Source: an uncultured Nitrososphaeraceae archaeon
GTDB taxonomy: Archaea > Thermoproteota > Nitrososphaeria > Nitrososphaerales > Nitrososphaeraceae
Length of the DNA: 64,000 bases
Assembly: GCA_963825865.1 (NCBI GenBank)
Contig: CAWGVG010000048.1
Location: 24,947 to 88,946 of the forward strand
Direction: 5' to 3'
Shown here: piece by piece, positions 45,529-57,242 of the stretch
Numbering within the stretch: position 1 is the stretch's first letter
Layout: the number at the start of each line of letters is the position of its first letter
Translations under genes and position numbers: made by a program
Notes under the pieces: generated by a model
What the model was told of the DNA's origin: nothing
The model's database searches: none
Seen by the model: the letters and a program-made list of their open reading frames with translations, nothing else

Positions 45529-45971
45529 AAAGTGATCTATACCCTGTAGTTGTGTATGAAGAAAAACAAATATGAAAAATAGAAGCAGACTAGAAAAAAT
45601 TGCAGTCTAAGGCCTGAAAGAATCAATAGCATTATGATAAAACGCAAATGTGTTATCATATTTTTCCCTGATCGGTTCTGAAAGCAGGTACGGAATATTA
45701 TCAATTGAAAGGTATATGTAAGCGACAATAAGCTTGTCATAATATCCCACAGAAATCTCTACAGGATGAAGAAATGAATTGTGTCTTTCTTTTTCTTAAT
45801 CACCGAGCATCAAAAGAAGCTATTAAGAGCATTGCCTTTGTTAGTTAGTGTATCAGTATCATTTGGTTTTATAGCTAAAGATTTATCATAGTATTGTATA
45901 GCTCCAGTATTGTTACATAATAAGGATGACAAAAGTCTTCATTAACTAGCTATGTATTAAATAAAGCTGAA

Positions 45972-46700
45972 TTGGAGCAGAAGGGAATGTCAGAAAAAGG
46001 AAGGGCACTCATAATAGCAGTGAGTGAATACAATCATCCCCTCCAAACTTTACCTTTTTGCAAAAATGATGGAGAAGAAATTTTTCAAATTCTAAAAAAA
46101 CTTGACTATCTAATTCCTGATAATAATAAACTAGTAGGTAATGTTAAAGAAAATCAAATTAGAAATGCAATCTTCGATTTCTTTACGGATGAAACCATCA
46201 ACAGCCAAGATACGTTACTTTTCTATTACTCCGGGCATGGCATACCTGACACTGATGGTGATGTGTACCTGGCATCATCTGAAATGAATCCTAAACAACC
46301 TTTTAGAAATGGCTTCTCATTCAGCTTACTTACTAATATGATGAATAGAAGTATGTCAAGAAGAGTAGTTGCAATTTTAGACTGTTGTTACAGCGGAGCA
46401 GCAAAGGTAAGTAAAACAGATGAAAATGCTGCCTGCAACAACAGGAACAAATGTCATTGAAAGTAAATCACAATTGCTTAACCAAGGCGAAGGAAAATGC
46501 ATTTTAGCTGCAAGTCGATCTACTCAGGAAGCCTTCGGAAAGAACGAAGGAAATCATAGTGTTTTTACTTATTATTTATTACTGGGTTTAAAGCCTAATG
46601 AAAGGTCAGTTGATCTAAATGGTAACGTTACAGTAGATACATTGGGAACATACATTTATGATACTATCGTGAATTTGCCTGTAGATAAGACTCAAAAGAA
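45972..46700 (+). pseudogene. Caspase-family (peptidase C14) protein, frameshifted and truncated
   Basis: ALIIAVSEY, FYYSGHG (His), ILDCCYSG (Cys), ILAAS...Q.A and SVFTYYLL.GL; cut where the integrase remnant begins. Confidence 0.88.
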
Positions 46701-46719
46701 TACCGTGTTACATATTTGT

Positions 46720-47303
46720 CTGGAATCACCTGGCGTGTTTCCTCGTCCTCTTGGGACCATAAATCAGATGGCTTGTAACAGCTAACCTCTCTTCTCTTTA
46801 TCTTGGGGATATCCATAATACACTCAGGCTTTCTTTCCTTTACAGATAATTCACTTCTTTTCTTGGGATTAGCAATATTTGGATAAAATAACCATTTGAA
46901 GAACCGTATCAACACAATGCGCTTTGTATTGTAACTTCCTATCCACTTGTGCAATGGATCGTCGTTCTCTGGCTTGCGACCGCTGTCTAAATATAGCAAG
47001 ACATCGTCTTTTGATTCTGTCATATTGGTAAAGTTCTTTGCAATTCCAACACGCTTTGAAAGTTCTGATAGAATCTGTATGGTATACCTTATGTAGTTAG
47101 GTCTAGGGTTAACCTCCCGCTTCATTGCTATGATATAATTACAAACGGTTAGGGCATTTTCTGCAGATAGTCTATTTCTATCTCTTAGGATCAATTCTGA
47201 GGCCTTGGTTGTGGTAAAGCCTTGAACTGCCAAAGCGATCTTCATATCTAATTCTACTTCTTCCACTCCTCTCACTTGTACAGCGGACACATCTTTTAGA
47301 CAT
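46720..47303 (-). pseudogene. Tyrosine integrase N-terminal fragment
   Basis: ENALTVCNYIIAMKREVN, RKPENDDPLHKWIGSYN, RFFKWL and YKPSDLW; ends before the catalytic domain. Confidence 0.8.
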
Positions 47304-47436
47304 AGAATTTACTTAATAATCCTTTATATGAAACATGTTTATTCAGTGATATACTGATTCAATAAGATATTAATGGGAACGAATTCTAAAAATGCATTGG
47401 TACAATGACACTTGATAATATTTCAAATGGATATTG

Positions 47437-47937
47437 TTAAGGAAGAAGAAATGTAAATATTACTGAATTCTTACTTAGATGAGTCTTTGGGAGAATTCCC
47501 AACACATTCTTAAATAAGCCAATAGAAATAGACTCTTTTAACCAGTAAGACCACTTCTCGCCAAATTTATGATGAATCGTGACTGTATAGTTTCTCTCCT
47601 GTTCTATTTGAACTTCATATTTAAACATTCCAGCATATCTAGATAAAAACGACAGGTGTAAAAGACACGCCTCAACATCTAATTTCCTATAGTGAAACAT
47701 GATATAATCCTTGGGAACTGATGTCGCAAATTCTTCAGCAGCCGTTCTTAATTTATCTTGTTCAGTAGCTTCAATAATAGCTTTTAGAGCCTCACTTGGC
47801 AATGAAACACGACCAAACTTTTCAGCATATCTATCCCACTCAATATATTTTGCAAGTATTGAAGAAATGAGTGCATTTTCACTAACACCATGTTCCTCAG
47901 CATCTTTATCTAAAGCGTCATCTAAATCCTTATCCAT
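47437..47937 (-). CDS. Hypothetical protein with N-terminal RHH-like segment (start probably near 47985)
   Basis: KTIRMDKDLD..L...A...GVS.NALI..IL..Y.EWD followed by an alpha/beta domain (H..GEKWS). Confidence 0.65.
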   Translation of the reverse strand: MDKDLDDALDKDAEEHGVSENALISSILAKYIEWDRYAEKFGRVSLPSEALKAIIEATEQDKLRTAAEEFATSVPKDYIMFHYRKLDVEACLLHLSFLSRYAGMFKYEVQIEQERNYTVTIHHKFGEKWSYWLKESISIGLFKNVLGILPKTHLSKNSVIFTFLLP

Positions 47938-48404
47938 GCGAATCGTTTTTAGTACCCGTCTTTTTCTTACTCTTTCCTTCTACAGTCAATAGTTAACAAC
48001 CTTCAACCTAAAATATAACGTTTAAACTTAGTCCAGTCAGGTGTATATTCCGTACGTAGAATTTGCATAGGAATGCCGTTGGTGGTGGTAAGCTGTTAGG
48101 AGTAGGTGTAGATGACCGTGTTGTGGGAGTTGACGATGTCTTATTAATACCACCATGATCAGTTATTGCAATATCCTTTACTATTTTGAAGCTCTTTCCT
48201 TTATGGTGCACTGCATTATTCCCTCTTAAAAGCTCTGTCGATAATGGTGATAACTGAACAGGAAATTAGAAGTTTAGTGGTAGGAGCAGAAGCAGCTGCA
48301 TTGTAATTGTACTAGAGTATTAGGTGGAGTTATAACCTAAAAAAACATAGTTTTATAGCAGTTGGACTAATTGTACAATAGGTGTCATTATAAAAGTGAA
48401 CATA

Positions 48405-50321
48405 TCAATGCGTTGGTGGCTCTACTAATGGTAGACTAAAGTAAAAAGTAGCTCCCTTTTCGTTAGTATTATTCTCAGCCCATATTTTGCCTCCATGAGC
48501 TTCGATAATATTCTTTGAAATAAACAATCCTAAACCAGTACCTCCTACTTCAGACTTTGTAGCAAATTTTGTAAACAGCTTTGGCAATATGCTAGGATCT
48601 ATACCTTGACCATTATCCTTTACACCCACAACAGCCTGCCTCCTATCGTTGCCTTCTGCTAATAAAGATACAGTTCCTTCCTTTGTAAATTTAAGGGCAT
48701 TACTAAGTAGGTTGTCGATTACTTGCATTATTCTTACTTTATCTGCTTCTATAAGGATAGTCGGAGTATTATATTGAATTAGCAGCTGCTTGTTTAGTAG
48801 TTGTTCCTGTTGTTGTTGTTGACCTCTTCCTTCTCCTTGCTTTGTCTCTTCTTCTTTGTCAAATCCATACACTAGTCTTATATTCTTGTTAGAGTTTTTA
48901 ATCTGATTTCTGTAGTCATCAACAGTATTAAATATTACTTGTTTTAGATTGAAACGTTCCTTATTGAGCTTTAATAAGCCACTTTCTATTTTTGTAATAT
49001 CTAATATAACTTGGGATAGTCTCTGCAGTCTTTTTGCGTTTCTGATTATAACATCCAAGATATCCTCCTGCTGTAACTGTCCTTTCAGCTTTTTGGAACG
49101 AAGAACCTCAGACAAGCCGATGATTGGTTGTATTGGAGTACGTAGTTCATGTGCTGCTATATTGATAAATTCTTGTTGAGCTTTATCACGTATCTTTAGC
49201 TGCTCATTTGACAATGACAATTGTTTATTTGCAGTTTCAAGCTCTTTGTTTGCTTCTTCTAATTCCTTTCCTCTTCTCTTTACTTCCTCACTTAAACTAC
49301 TCCATTTGATAAGAAACACAATTAGAACTACAATTGCAACAGTAGCACCTGCAAGCAATGAAAATGTCTCTATTCTTTGTGAAAAAAGAACTTTGTCAAC
49401 TTGGGAATATATTGTATCAGTAGGTGTTATTACAAAAACAAAATAGGTTGGCTTTCCAGACAGAAATATAGGATAACCTGTATTCAATCTTTCACCGCTT
49501 CCAAAGTCATAGACGGCATATCCTGGCTTACCTGAGAAAACTTGTTGGTATAGATTATTCTGTATCTGGTTATGATGGAACAATTCTTGAACATCATTTG
49601 CAAAAAAGTTCTTTCCTAACAATTGTGTCCTTGGAGTAGCTATGTAGTTTTTACTTTTATCATAAGCTACCAGGAACTGTGACTCTATATTGTAAATATT
49701 TTCATAATTGGATAAAAATTGTACAACGGGAACAACTGCTCCTACCAATCCTAAATATTTCCCTGTCTGTGTATTTATTACAGGATAGGTTATTCCAATT
49801 CTGGTTTTACCATCTAATCCTACATAACCATTAGAAAATACTGGCTCTTGGGTTTTTTGTGCTTGCACTACATATTGTCTTTGTGAGACATCGGTGCCCA
49901 CAAATGTTTTTGCACCTTTTGCAGCAAAGTCCATCGTCATTATATTGTTTTTATTTACAACAAAAAGATGATCTACTATACTATCTATGTTTAAAAAGTT
50001 GGCTTGAACTAACGTTTTCGTTTTATTGCTAGTTAAATCCCCTTGCTGGAAATATATTGAATTTGATAAACCCTCAAGTCTGGCTTCTACTATACCTAGA
50101 TCTGACGCAATATGCTGAGAAAGGATTCTTGTTGCCATAATCTGACGATCTCTTTGTTGAGAAAATAAATTATTTTTGACATTACTTTCTGTAATACCTT
50201 GGAAGTAAAAAAATAAACCATAAGAAATTGATATGATCAATACAATACTAATAATGGCAATTACTTTAGCTCTTCCATAGAATATACTTTTAATTTTAAA
50301 ACTACTATATTTTTCAGGCAT
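48405..50321 (-). CDS. Membrane sensor histidine kinase with extracellular Cache-like domain
   Basis: Two transmembrane segments; H-box AAHELRTP, N-box NLLSNALKF, DNGQG and GTGLGL. Confidence 0.95.
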   Translation of the reverse strand: MPEKYSSFKIKSIFYGRAKVIAIISIVLIISISYGLFFYFQGITESNVKNNLFSQQRDRQIMATRILSQHIASDLGIVEARLEGLSNSIYFQQGDLTSNKTKTLVQANFLNIDSIVDHLFVVNKNNIMTMDFAAKGAKTFVGTDVSQRQYVVQAQKTQEPVFSNGYVGLDGKTRIGITYPVINTQTGKYLGLVGAVVPVVQFLSNYENIYNIESQFLVAYDKSKNYIATPRTQLLGKNFFANDVQELFHHNQIQNNLYQQVFSGKPGYAVYDFGSGERLNTGYPIFLSGKPTYFVFVITPTDTIYSQVDKVLFSQRIETFSLLAGATVAIVVLIVFLIKWSSLSEEVKRRGKELEEANKELETANKQLSLSNEQLKIRDKAQQEFINIAAHELRTPIQPIIGLSEVLRSKKLKGQLQQEDILDVIIRNAKRLQRLSQVILDITKIESGLLKLNKERFNLKQVIFNTVDDYRNQIKNSNKNIRLVYGFDKEEETKQGEGRGQQQQQEQLLNKQLLIQYNTPTILIEADKVRIMQVIDNLLSNALKFTKEGTVSLLAEGNDRRQAVVGVKDNGQGIDPSILPKLFTKFATKSEVGGTGLGLFISKNIIEAHGGKIWAENNTNEKGATFYFSLPLVEPPTH

Positions 50322-50460
50322 TGGATAACACGGTTAATTGAGATCGTTGAGCTATGTATTCGTAGTTAGTTTTATCTGTGATACTAAACTGAACAAAATC
50401 TGCATGATCTATTTTTTGAATTGTATCAGTAGTGAGTCGATAATAACAAAATGACATGAC

Positions 50461-50673
50461 TTAATACACCACTTCCCAATTCTTAACTTCAATTCTGTCG
50501 CCTTCTTTTTCATATGCATAAGTTTTATTATCTTCTTCATCTGCTGTTTTCTTATGTGAGTCATCACAAAATGGTTGGTTACTGCTTAAACCACACATAC
50601 AAATCCATATGCTTTTTGTCCCAACCTTAATCTCCAATGGACCTTTGTATTCCTTTTTGACCAGTCTCGCCAT
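50461..50673 (-). CDS. CDGSH iron-sulfur protein
   Basis: ICMCGLSSNQPFCDDSH. Confidence 0.9.
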   Translation of the reverse strand: MARLVKKEYKGPLEIKVGTKSIWICMCGLSSNQPFCDDSHKKTADEEDNKTYAYEKEGDRIEVKNWEVVY

Positions 50674-50814
50674 ATGCTATGTATATGTAGTATAACGCTA
50701 TATTCTGGATGTCCACCAACAACATACGATGTAATACATCGTACTACATATGATAATTTTTGATCTTTCATGTGCACGTCTAGAATAAATGTTATCCTTT
50801 GGAGTTATAGTGCG

Positions 50815-51312
50815 ATGAATACAAAAACATCAGTCGAATACAACAACAAAACAATGATAGTGTTTGCAGTTATTGCAGCATGTATGTTAGCAGCAATGGT
50901 ATTTGGTTCACTGTATATTAGTAGCTACGCAAATCGATACCATGTACAAACTGCATCTGCTGTAAAAGACAAAAATGCAACTACTTCCACTACTAACACT
51001 ATTCAATTATCAACAAAAGAACTAAAACCAGGGATATATAATTGGATAGATACTAGTAAAGGAGCATCTAATCCCACATTAAAGGTCTTTGCAAACGCCA
51101 GTAATATCATAAAAATCCAAAATCCTACAGATACAAAACATGAATTGATTATAGATACAGGAGCAGATGTATTACCATCAAGTGATGATATGAATCCAAA
51201 TAGTTCAGGCCAATTATCTTTCAAACCAACTATGACTGGTACATTTACATACCATTGTGCATACCATCCATTCACAATGAAAGGAACGATACAAGTGGTA
51301 TCTGGTCCATAA
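50815..51312 (+). CDS. Secreted cupredoxin (blue copper protein)
   Basis: Signal/transmembrane segment, His in KHEL, and type-1 Cu ligands YHCAYHPFTM. Confidence 0.85.
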   Translation: MNTKTSVEYNNKTMIVFAVIAACMLAAMVFGSLYISSYANRYHVQTASAVKDKNATTSTTNTIQLSTKELKPGIYNWIDTSKGASNPTLKVFANASNIIKIQNPTDTKHELIIDTGADVLPSSDDMNPNSSGQLSFKPTMTGTFTYHCAYHPFTMKGTIQVVSGP

Positions 51313-51489
51313 AAAAAGTGTGGTAAATAACAACATCAAGAACCAAAACAACAAGTAAAGAATATCGAGCCTGAGAAAGTTAGAATAGACTTTTCATTTA
51401 AAAGCGAGGCATTTTTCATTATTGCCTATACATACCTGTTTTTCATGCAGGCTTGGCCAAGACATGGAATCTATCATAACAGCGGAATC

Positions 51490-51560
51490 ATTTGTTCTGC
51501 AGATTATCTCAAGTTGCAGCAACATCTATGTAGTATGGCAAGACGATACGCCGGAAAACC
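51490..51560 (+). pseudogene. BNR-repeat protein micro-fragment
   Basis: QIISSCSNIYVVWQDDTP matches QIISSGGNIYVVWQDDTPGN at 36670-36730. Confidence 0.7.
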
Positions 51561-51849
51561 TTGGTGACAATAGACTTTCAGATGGTACTACTCTATCAGA
51601 TCAATTAGCAAATAACATTTTTTGCTTTTTCTTGACTGATGTAGCGGGTGCTTTTAATATTTGAATATAGTGGCATATGCGAGATTGTCTCCCATAACCA
51701 TATAGAGTATATTTTGGCTTGGCATATTCATGCTTACAGACTTCCTGCTGTTTCCGTTTCTTACGTATTGCTCAAATTCTCCAAATGCAGCTGATCTTTG
51801 AGGTAGCTCAGTCATTATCATTTTCAGATCATGGAATAAAAGGGGATAC

Positions 51850-52218
51850 AATCGAGCAAATGCATTATCTGCCTCATTATGGATGACAATCGCTCCACTA
51901 GCAATACATAGTGAACAACATCCATTAGTCGCAACTATATTATACTATGGAACTCCTTTAGTCATAGGTAAACAAGAACTCTCAAAGATAAAATGGCCTG
52001 TGCTTGGAATATTTGGAGATAAAGACCAAGCTATTCCATTGTCAAACATACAGCAATTCAAAACAGCACTAGACAGTACTGGTATATCAAATGAAATTCA
52101 CATTTACAAAGGATTAGGACATGCATTTGCAAATCCTTCTGGAGCTAATTATGCTCCAAATGAAACTGTAGATGCTTGGCAAAAGACTTTGGCATTCTTA
52201 AAGAAAAACACAGGGTAA
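51850..52218 (+). pseudogene. Dienelactone hydrolase C-terminal fragment
   Basis: YYG, PVLGIFGDKD..IP, GHAFANP and DAW..TL.FL; the nucleophile region is missing. Confidence 0.82.
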
Positions 52219-52794
52219 GCCAATTTTTCTTCATTTGAGTTCACTCTCTTTTCTCTTTTCTCTTCAATGAATACTAAAAGAGCTGTTTGCTCATAAATCA
52301 ATGTAGCGTAGTAGAGATTTCAGATACACGTCTTTCTCAAATTTCTTAATCATTCAATCATATTATTTTTATATACATTGATCGTTATTCTTTTAGAAAC
52401 TATACACAAAACGAAAAGATTAAAATATTTCACGGTATTGAAAATGTAATAAATACAGAATTACAATTTTTCGCTAATGTAAATAGTAGAATTGCAAGAA
52501 TATATTATGAATCTTGATTTTGATAATGTTTGGGATTTTATGAATAAATATGTCTTATCAGAAGATAAACAAGAGTCATGCTAATTCCAGAAATAGAAGA
52601 ATGACATGAAATAAAAAATCTATTGATAAATAAGAAAAAGGTTTCAAGGAGTGATTACAGGAAATTCTCCAGCATAACAGCATATTTGCCACCGTCAATC
52701 AAGGTAGATGAGCGGCCTAAATCTGCGCGTTTCGCCGCCTATGATCGCGACCATCAAAGACAATCCAAGCAGACCAGCACGGACGAATGAGCCA

Positions 52795-52940
52795 AACAGT
52801 TTCATGATATACTCAAACACAGCAAACTTGAAATGGTAAAAAATACAGGTCATGCACCGTTTTCTGAGAAACCATCTATAGTATTTGATATAATGAGCAG
52901 ATTTTTAACTAATAAAAATAATGATGATAAAATAACATAA
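52795..52940 (+). pseudogene. Alpha/beta hydrolase C-terminal remnant
   Basis: SKLEMVKNTGHAPFSEKP...FL. Confidence 0.6.
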
Positions 52941-53165
52941 ATATATCAGAGTGATCAAATACAATTTCTCTATAGGATTTTCTTTCAAGTGTTCAACCGT
53001 AACGTCATAATCGAGGTAGGAGCAATATTTGTAAAACTCGCTGTTTTGAAGTTATCAGTAATTGGTAACATAATACTACTACATTCCAATACTTACTCTG
53101 TTGGGAGGGTATCGGTGAAAAATTGCTATCAAATATAGTTGGCATAACAAAGATGTGCTATGTTA

Positions 53166-53600
53166 TTATCTTGAATCTTCTAGTAGCTGTTCATTTATCC
53201 TCTTAGCTAATTCATCTATTGAAATTGGCTTTCTTGTGAAACAGCTTTCACTTTGGTTAGGAAATGCTGTTTTAAATTCATCAGCATATGATTCAAATGC
53301 TGACATAAAACAGACTTTTATTTTATTGTCTATCTTACTCATGTGTCGATATAGTTCAAATCCATTTATCTTTGGCATTTTAACATCGAGAAGCAACAGG
53401 TCATAAATACCAGTTTTAAAATTTGATAATGCTTCTGCGGGATCAGTGAAAGCGTCAACTTCAAACCCATTACTTTGAAGTCCTCTTTTTGTAACTGAAG
53501 TAATATCCGGTTCGTCGTCTACAAGCAAAATCCTGATCGGACTTTTATCACTTATGTTTTTACTGATTTCGTAATCATCGTTATTGTTAACACTGCGCAA
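53166..53600 (-). CDS. Single-domain response regulator receiver
   Basis: ILLVDDEPD, LLDVKMP..NG, MSAF and KP motifs. Confidence 0.92.
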   Translation of the reverse strand: MRSVNNNDDYEISKNISDKSPIRILLVDDEPDITSVTKRGLQSNGFEVDAFTDPAEALSNFKTGIYDLLLLDVKMPKINGFELYRHMSKIDNKIKVCFMSAFESYADEFKTAFPNQSESCFTRKPISIDELAKRINEQLLEDSR

Positions 53601-54158
53601 GTTTAAACAGAACTATAAGTTTGCATCAACACTTTAACTGTTTCATCCCTTTTTATTATTATTCTCATATTTTTATAAATTCACCATCTGAGGATTAGTT
53701 TGATTTCAGACACTTTTTATTTATATACTTAGGGGCATTCTTTGCCATATTTTTCATTACAATATCTACTGCAATATTGATATAACAAAACACACCGCGA
53801 TGACAATAGTATATCCTATCAAAATTTTTTGGCAAAAATAAGAAAGGATCAGGTCCGTTTGCGGTTAATTAGTGGGCCCGTGTTAACAGTTATATAATGT
53901 GTCATCTGGTTAGTATTGTAAAGCAATACTGATTGTTCTGACAAATTAGTTTTATAACAATAGCTTTAGCTTGGTATAGAAAAATTTGAATATCTGTTCT
54001 ATTGGTGTCACTATAGCTTTCCCAATTAGGACAATAACAGGAGCAGACAATATCATACCTCCAATTGCTAATTTATAGCATTCTATCAATTATTTTTAAA
54101 ATAAATTCTTTCACATTTTTCTTTTCTTGTTTAAATATAGTTTGATGCAGTAAAGATT

Positions 54159-54460
54159 ATGGTAGACAATAATAATAATAATAATGGTAAACAGGAGGGA
54201 ATGATTCCATTTTTAGCATAGCTTCCAGAAACTTTGATCAAGATTTGACTATATTAATAAAAGTTTTACATCAGTTTGAACAAAGAACACATTCTAAAAT
54301 TGCATACGAGTTCAGTCAAAGAGCAACATTGGCTGCAGGATGGTGGTTTTATGATGTCTTCTTTAAGCCTGACTTTTTTGGCTAGTACTGCTACCTGGCT
54401 TTCCTCCTAGTGACAAAAAAACTGCTGCAATTAAGCGAGTTGATATATTTCAAAGCCGTA
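54159..54460 (+). pseudogene. Decayed paralogue of 45133-45528
   Basis: Direct nucleotide similarity with frameshifts and truncation. Confidence 0.8.
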
Positions 54461-54534
54461 TACATGTTTACATTCTGTATTACTTTTACTCCGTATGTAA
54501 ACTAAAGTAATACTAGCAGTAAACATTTTATTTT

Positions 54535-54722
54535 TTCCAACTGGAATAATTATTTTTCCAACAAAAAGCCTTGGAAAAGCTTGGAAAACTGTTTGGAAAG
54601 CATTTGGAAAAGAGTAAATAGGTACATGAGGTAATCATTAAATCATTCCGATATTTTTTTCCATTCCAAATCGATTCCAAGTTGGAATAAGTCCATTCCA
54701 ACCATCTAAAGCAGTTTTCCAG
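54535..54722. repeat. TTGGAA/TTCCAA-rich repeat array
   Basis: About 12 copies of TTGGAA/TTCCAA or close variants in 190 bp, including four direct copies at 54571, 54581, 54593 and 54604. Confidence 0.7.
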
Positions 54723-55015
54723 AACATTTTTCGGTAGATTTTTATATATAATATATGTCAAATTATCATAGTGTCAAATATATAGAAAGGGGTTGTCATA
54801 TCAAAAAAATAACAATTATTTGTTTAACATACTGCTCGCTTTATTGTGAAAAGTGTGGCAAGTTAGTAAGGCAATAATCACGGTAATGTTGTATGCGTAA
54901 GAACAATTTCAGTCATTGTTTTACATTCTATCTTACCATGTCCTCACTCTACTTATTTGTGTAGTTTGTGAAACTTGTGGCTTATGAATCACACATCTAT
55001 GCTCAAGTCCAGGTC

Positions 55016-55726
55016 CTATCTACTAAACCATCGTATCCAAAATAATTCATTATTATTATCAGGAGCAGAATCGACAAGGTAATCCGGTGGCTTGTCAAGG
55101 AATGTATTATTAACCCTCACCATAACACTAACAATATAATTTAAAGATGGTGGATTTCCTATAAAATCAGGGTCAATGAATACTTGAACTTTATTCTTAG
55201 GCATATCTGAAATTTTCGATAGAGGAAGAGTATAAGAATTATTAGTATTGTTAAAAACTGCCAAATACCAACCACTCTTATTTTTAAAATTAGAATTGAC
55301 TGCAAAATTAGGTATAATAACTGTATAGGTTTTTTGAGCTATGCCATTCAAACTATCGGTATAATTTATCAACCATAGATATACTGTTTCATACTTTTCA
55401 TTTTTATTCGCATCTCCAGCTAAATCTGTAGTTAATAATAACAGGCTCTTACCATCATCATTGATCTTATTTACCTCAGCAGAAAGAATATCATGATAAT
55501 CTCTTACCTTTGTATATATGTCTGTTTTATAAAGGGGAATAAGTTTTGCATCTCCTCTACTGTCTTGAATTTTGCTAGGTTCTTGAAATACTGTTGTAGT
55601 AGCGGTCGTCTTAGCATTTGGAGGTAATAATAAGGTATGAGTAGTTGTTACTAGGAACGAAACTAATACTGCTGATATAAGAGCAGCTACTGTAATTGCA
55701 ATAACAAGAATTTGTTGCGTATTCAT
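55016..55726 (-). CDS. Hypothetical membrane-anchored/secreted protein (likely start MNTQQIL)
   Basis: N-terminal transmembrane segment followed by a beta-rich domain. The ORF-track extension to 55831 overlaps the dispersed motif and is probably non-coding. Confidence 0.65.
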   Translation of the reverse strand: MNTQQILVIAITVAALISAVLVSFLVTTTHTLLLPPNAKTTATTTVFQEPSKIQDSRGDAKLIPLYKTDIYTKVRDYHDILSAEVNKINDDGKSLLLLTTDLAGDANKNEKYETVYLWLINYTDSLNGIAQKTYTVIIPNFAVNSNFKNKSGWYLAVFNNTNNSYTLPLSKISDMPKNKVQVFIDPDFIGNPPSLNYIVSVMVRVNNTFLDKPPDYLVDSAPDNNNELFWIRWFSR

Positions 55727-55760
55727 CACAAGAACAATACTTCTAGTATGTGCCTCTGGG

Positions 55761-55802
55761 GTAAATTTGTTTACAGCGTGTGACTCGGTCACATGGTCAC
55801 AT
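55761..55802. repeat. Dispersed motif, copy 3
   Basis: GTAAATTTGTTTACAGCGTGTGACTCGGTCACATGGTCACAT. Confidence 0.8.
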
Positions 55803-56655
55803 GCCGAAAGTATTTTGACCTTCAGATACACGATGAGATATTATATTAGCGTGATCCCTATCTTCACATCAAATAGTAGTCGATTCCATTCCAAATAGGA
55901 ATTGGTCAGCAAAGAAGAAAAAGAAGACGATTTATCAGATGAATCTATGTGAGGCTTCAGGTTTTGCAGATTAACCATTATTGTATTTACTGCATTCTGT
56001 AATTCTGTTTTCTGCAAGTTCAGAGTTGCAACGCTATTCCTGTTGGTTCTGCGCTTAAGATATACGTTGTGTATACCAACTGCACTACTGAGATTTGTCA
56101 TGCATAGTCTCTTTGTTACAATCCTTTGCAATGCATTTACTTGGTTTCATTTTTCTTATTTCTCTATAGGAATTAGGAATATAATATATGAACAAGGCAC
56201 TGGCAATTGGGACACTATCAGCCTTTATGACGAAAATGGTTCGTTTAGGGGTGAAGCAAGCTTTGAAACAAAAAAAGAAGCTGAAGCCTATTTGAAGTTG
56301 TACAAAGACAAAATCAACAAACGAAAAAATAAGATCTCATATTAAGAGCTCTTAGCTGAGCGGTCGCTTCATTTTGCTTTCATTTTTTCTAGTTTCACAA
56401 AATTTAAATTATTTTTTGTAAATAAAAAATAGTGTAATAGAGAAAAGATACAAGCATCATCACTAGCAAAAAACTGTTATTCAACACCATCACCATCTAT
56501 CCCCTCCTCTTGTGATAGCAATTTCTAACGCTCATATCAATATCAGAATTATAAAATGGACAGTAAATTATCCTGGCCCTATCCTCATGACACAAGATCA
56601 TCATTATAGCTCAACATTCTGATTGAATGTTCTTCTTTCCTGTACGTATAGGCTC

Positions 56656-56975
56656 CTAATCTTTGTGTATCTCCGTTTTGTACAGGAGATAGTCCTTTCT
56701 TGGCAATAATGACAACGATGATGATTCGCTATCACTTGCTACATTAGTAATGGTCTTATTTTTAAGATCTTGAACCGTTTTGTTTATATAATCTTTTATT
56801 AGTTTATTGAAAAGTTTTTCAGCTTCGTTTACTATTGCAGGCTGCATTAACTTCAGTGTTGCAATCCTGTGATCGTTGTTGTTGTGGTTGTGGGCCATAC
56901 ATATATGAAGCAGTATAATATTGCTCGCCCGCTACTACTGCTATTGCTGTAATAATCCATTATCGAAGGCATTAC
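56656..56975 (-). pseudogene. C-terminal remnant of the HTH/coiled-coil family
   Basis: MPSIMDYYS...YTASYMYG.Q.QQQ...IVNEAEKLFNKLIKD...SSSLSLLP matches the tail of 32959-34011. Confidence 0.72.
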
Positions 56976-57242
56976 ATCCATGCGAACAAATTATAATTGT
57001 TGAATGTCATTATATTATTGGTATACGTAGAATGCTGGATAGATTACTCACATTATGTACTACAACACTGTATTGATTCTAAGAATGATAGAATATACAA
57101 TCAAGGTATATCGATCGTGTAGTCGGTGTTTTTTAACAACGGAAGAAACCACATCCTTGTGGGCTAAAAACCCTTTGAGGATTGATCCTGGTCTTGATCA
57201 AATCAATACGATTTACGCTAATAGAATAGAATATATTGCTCC

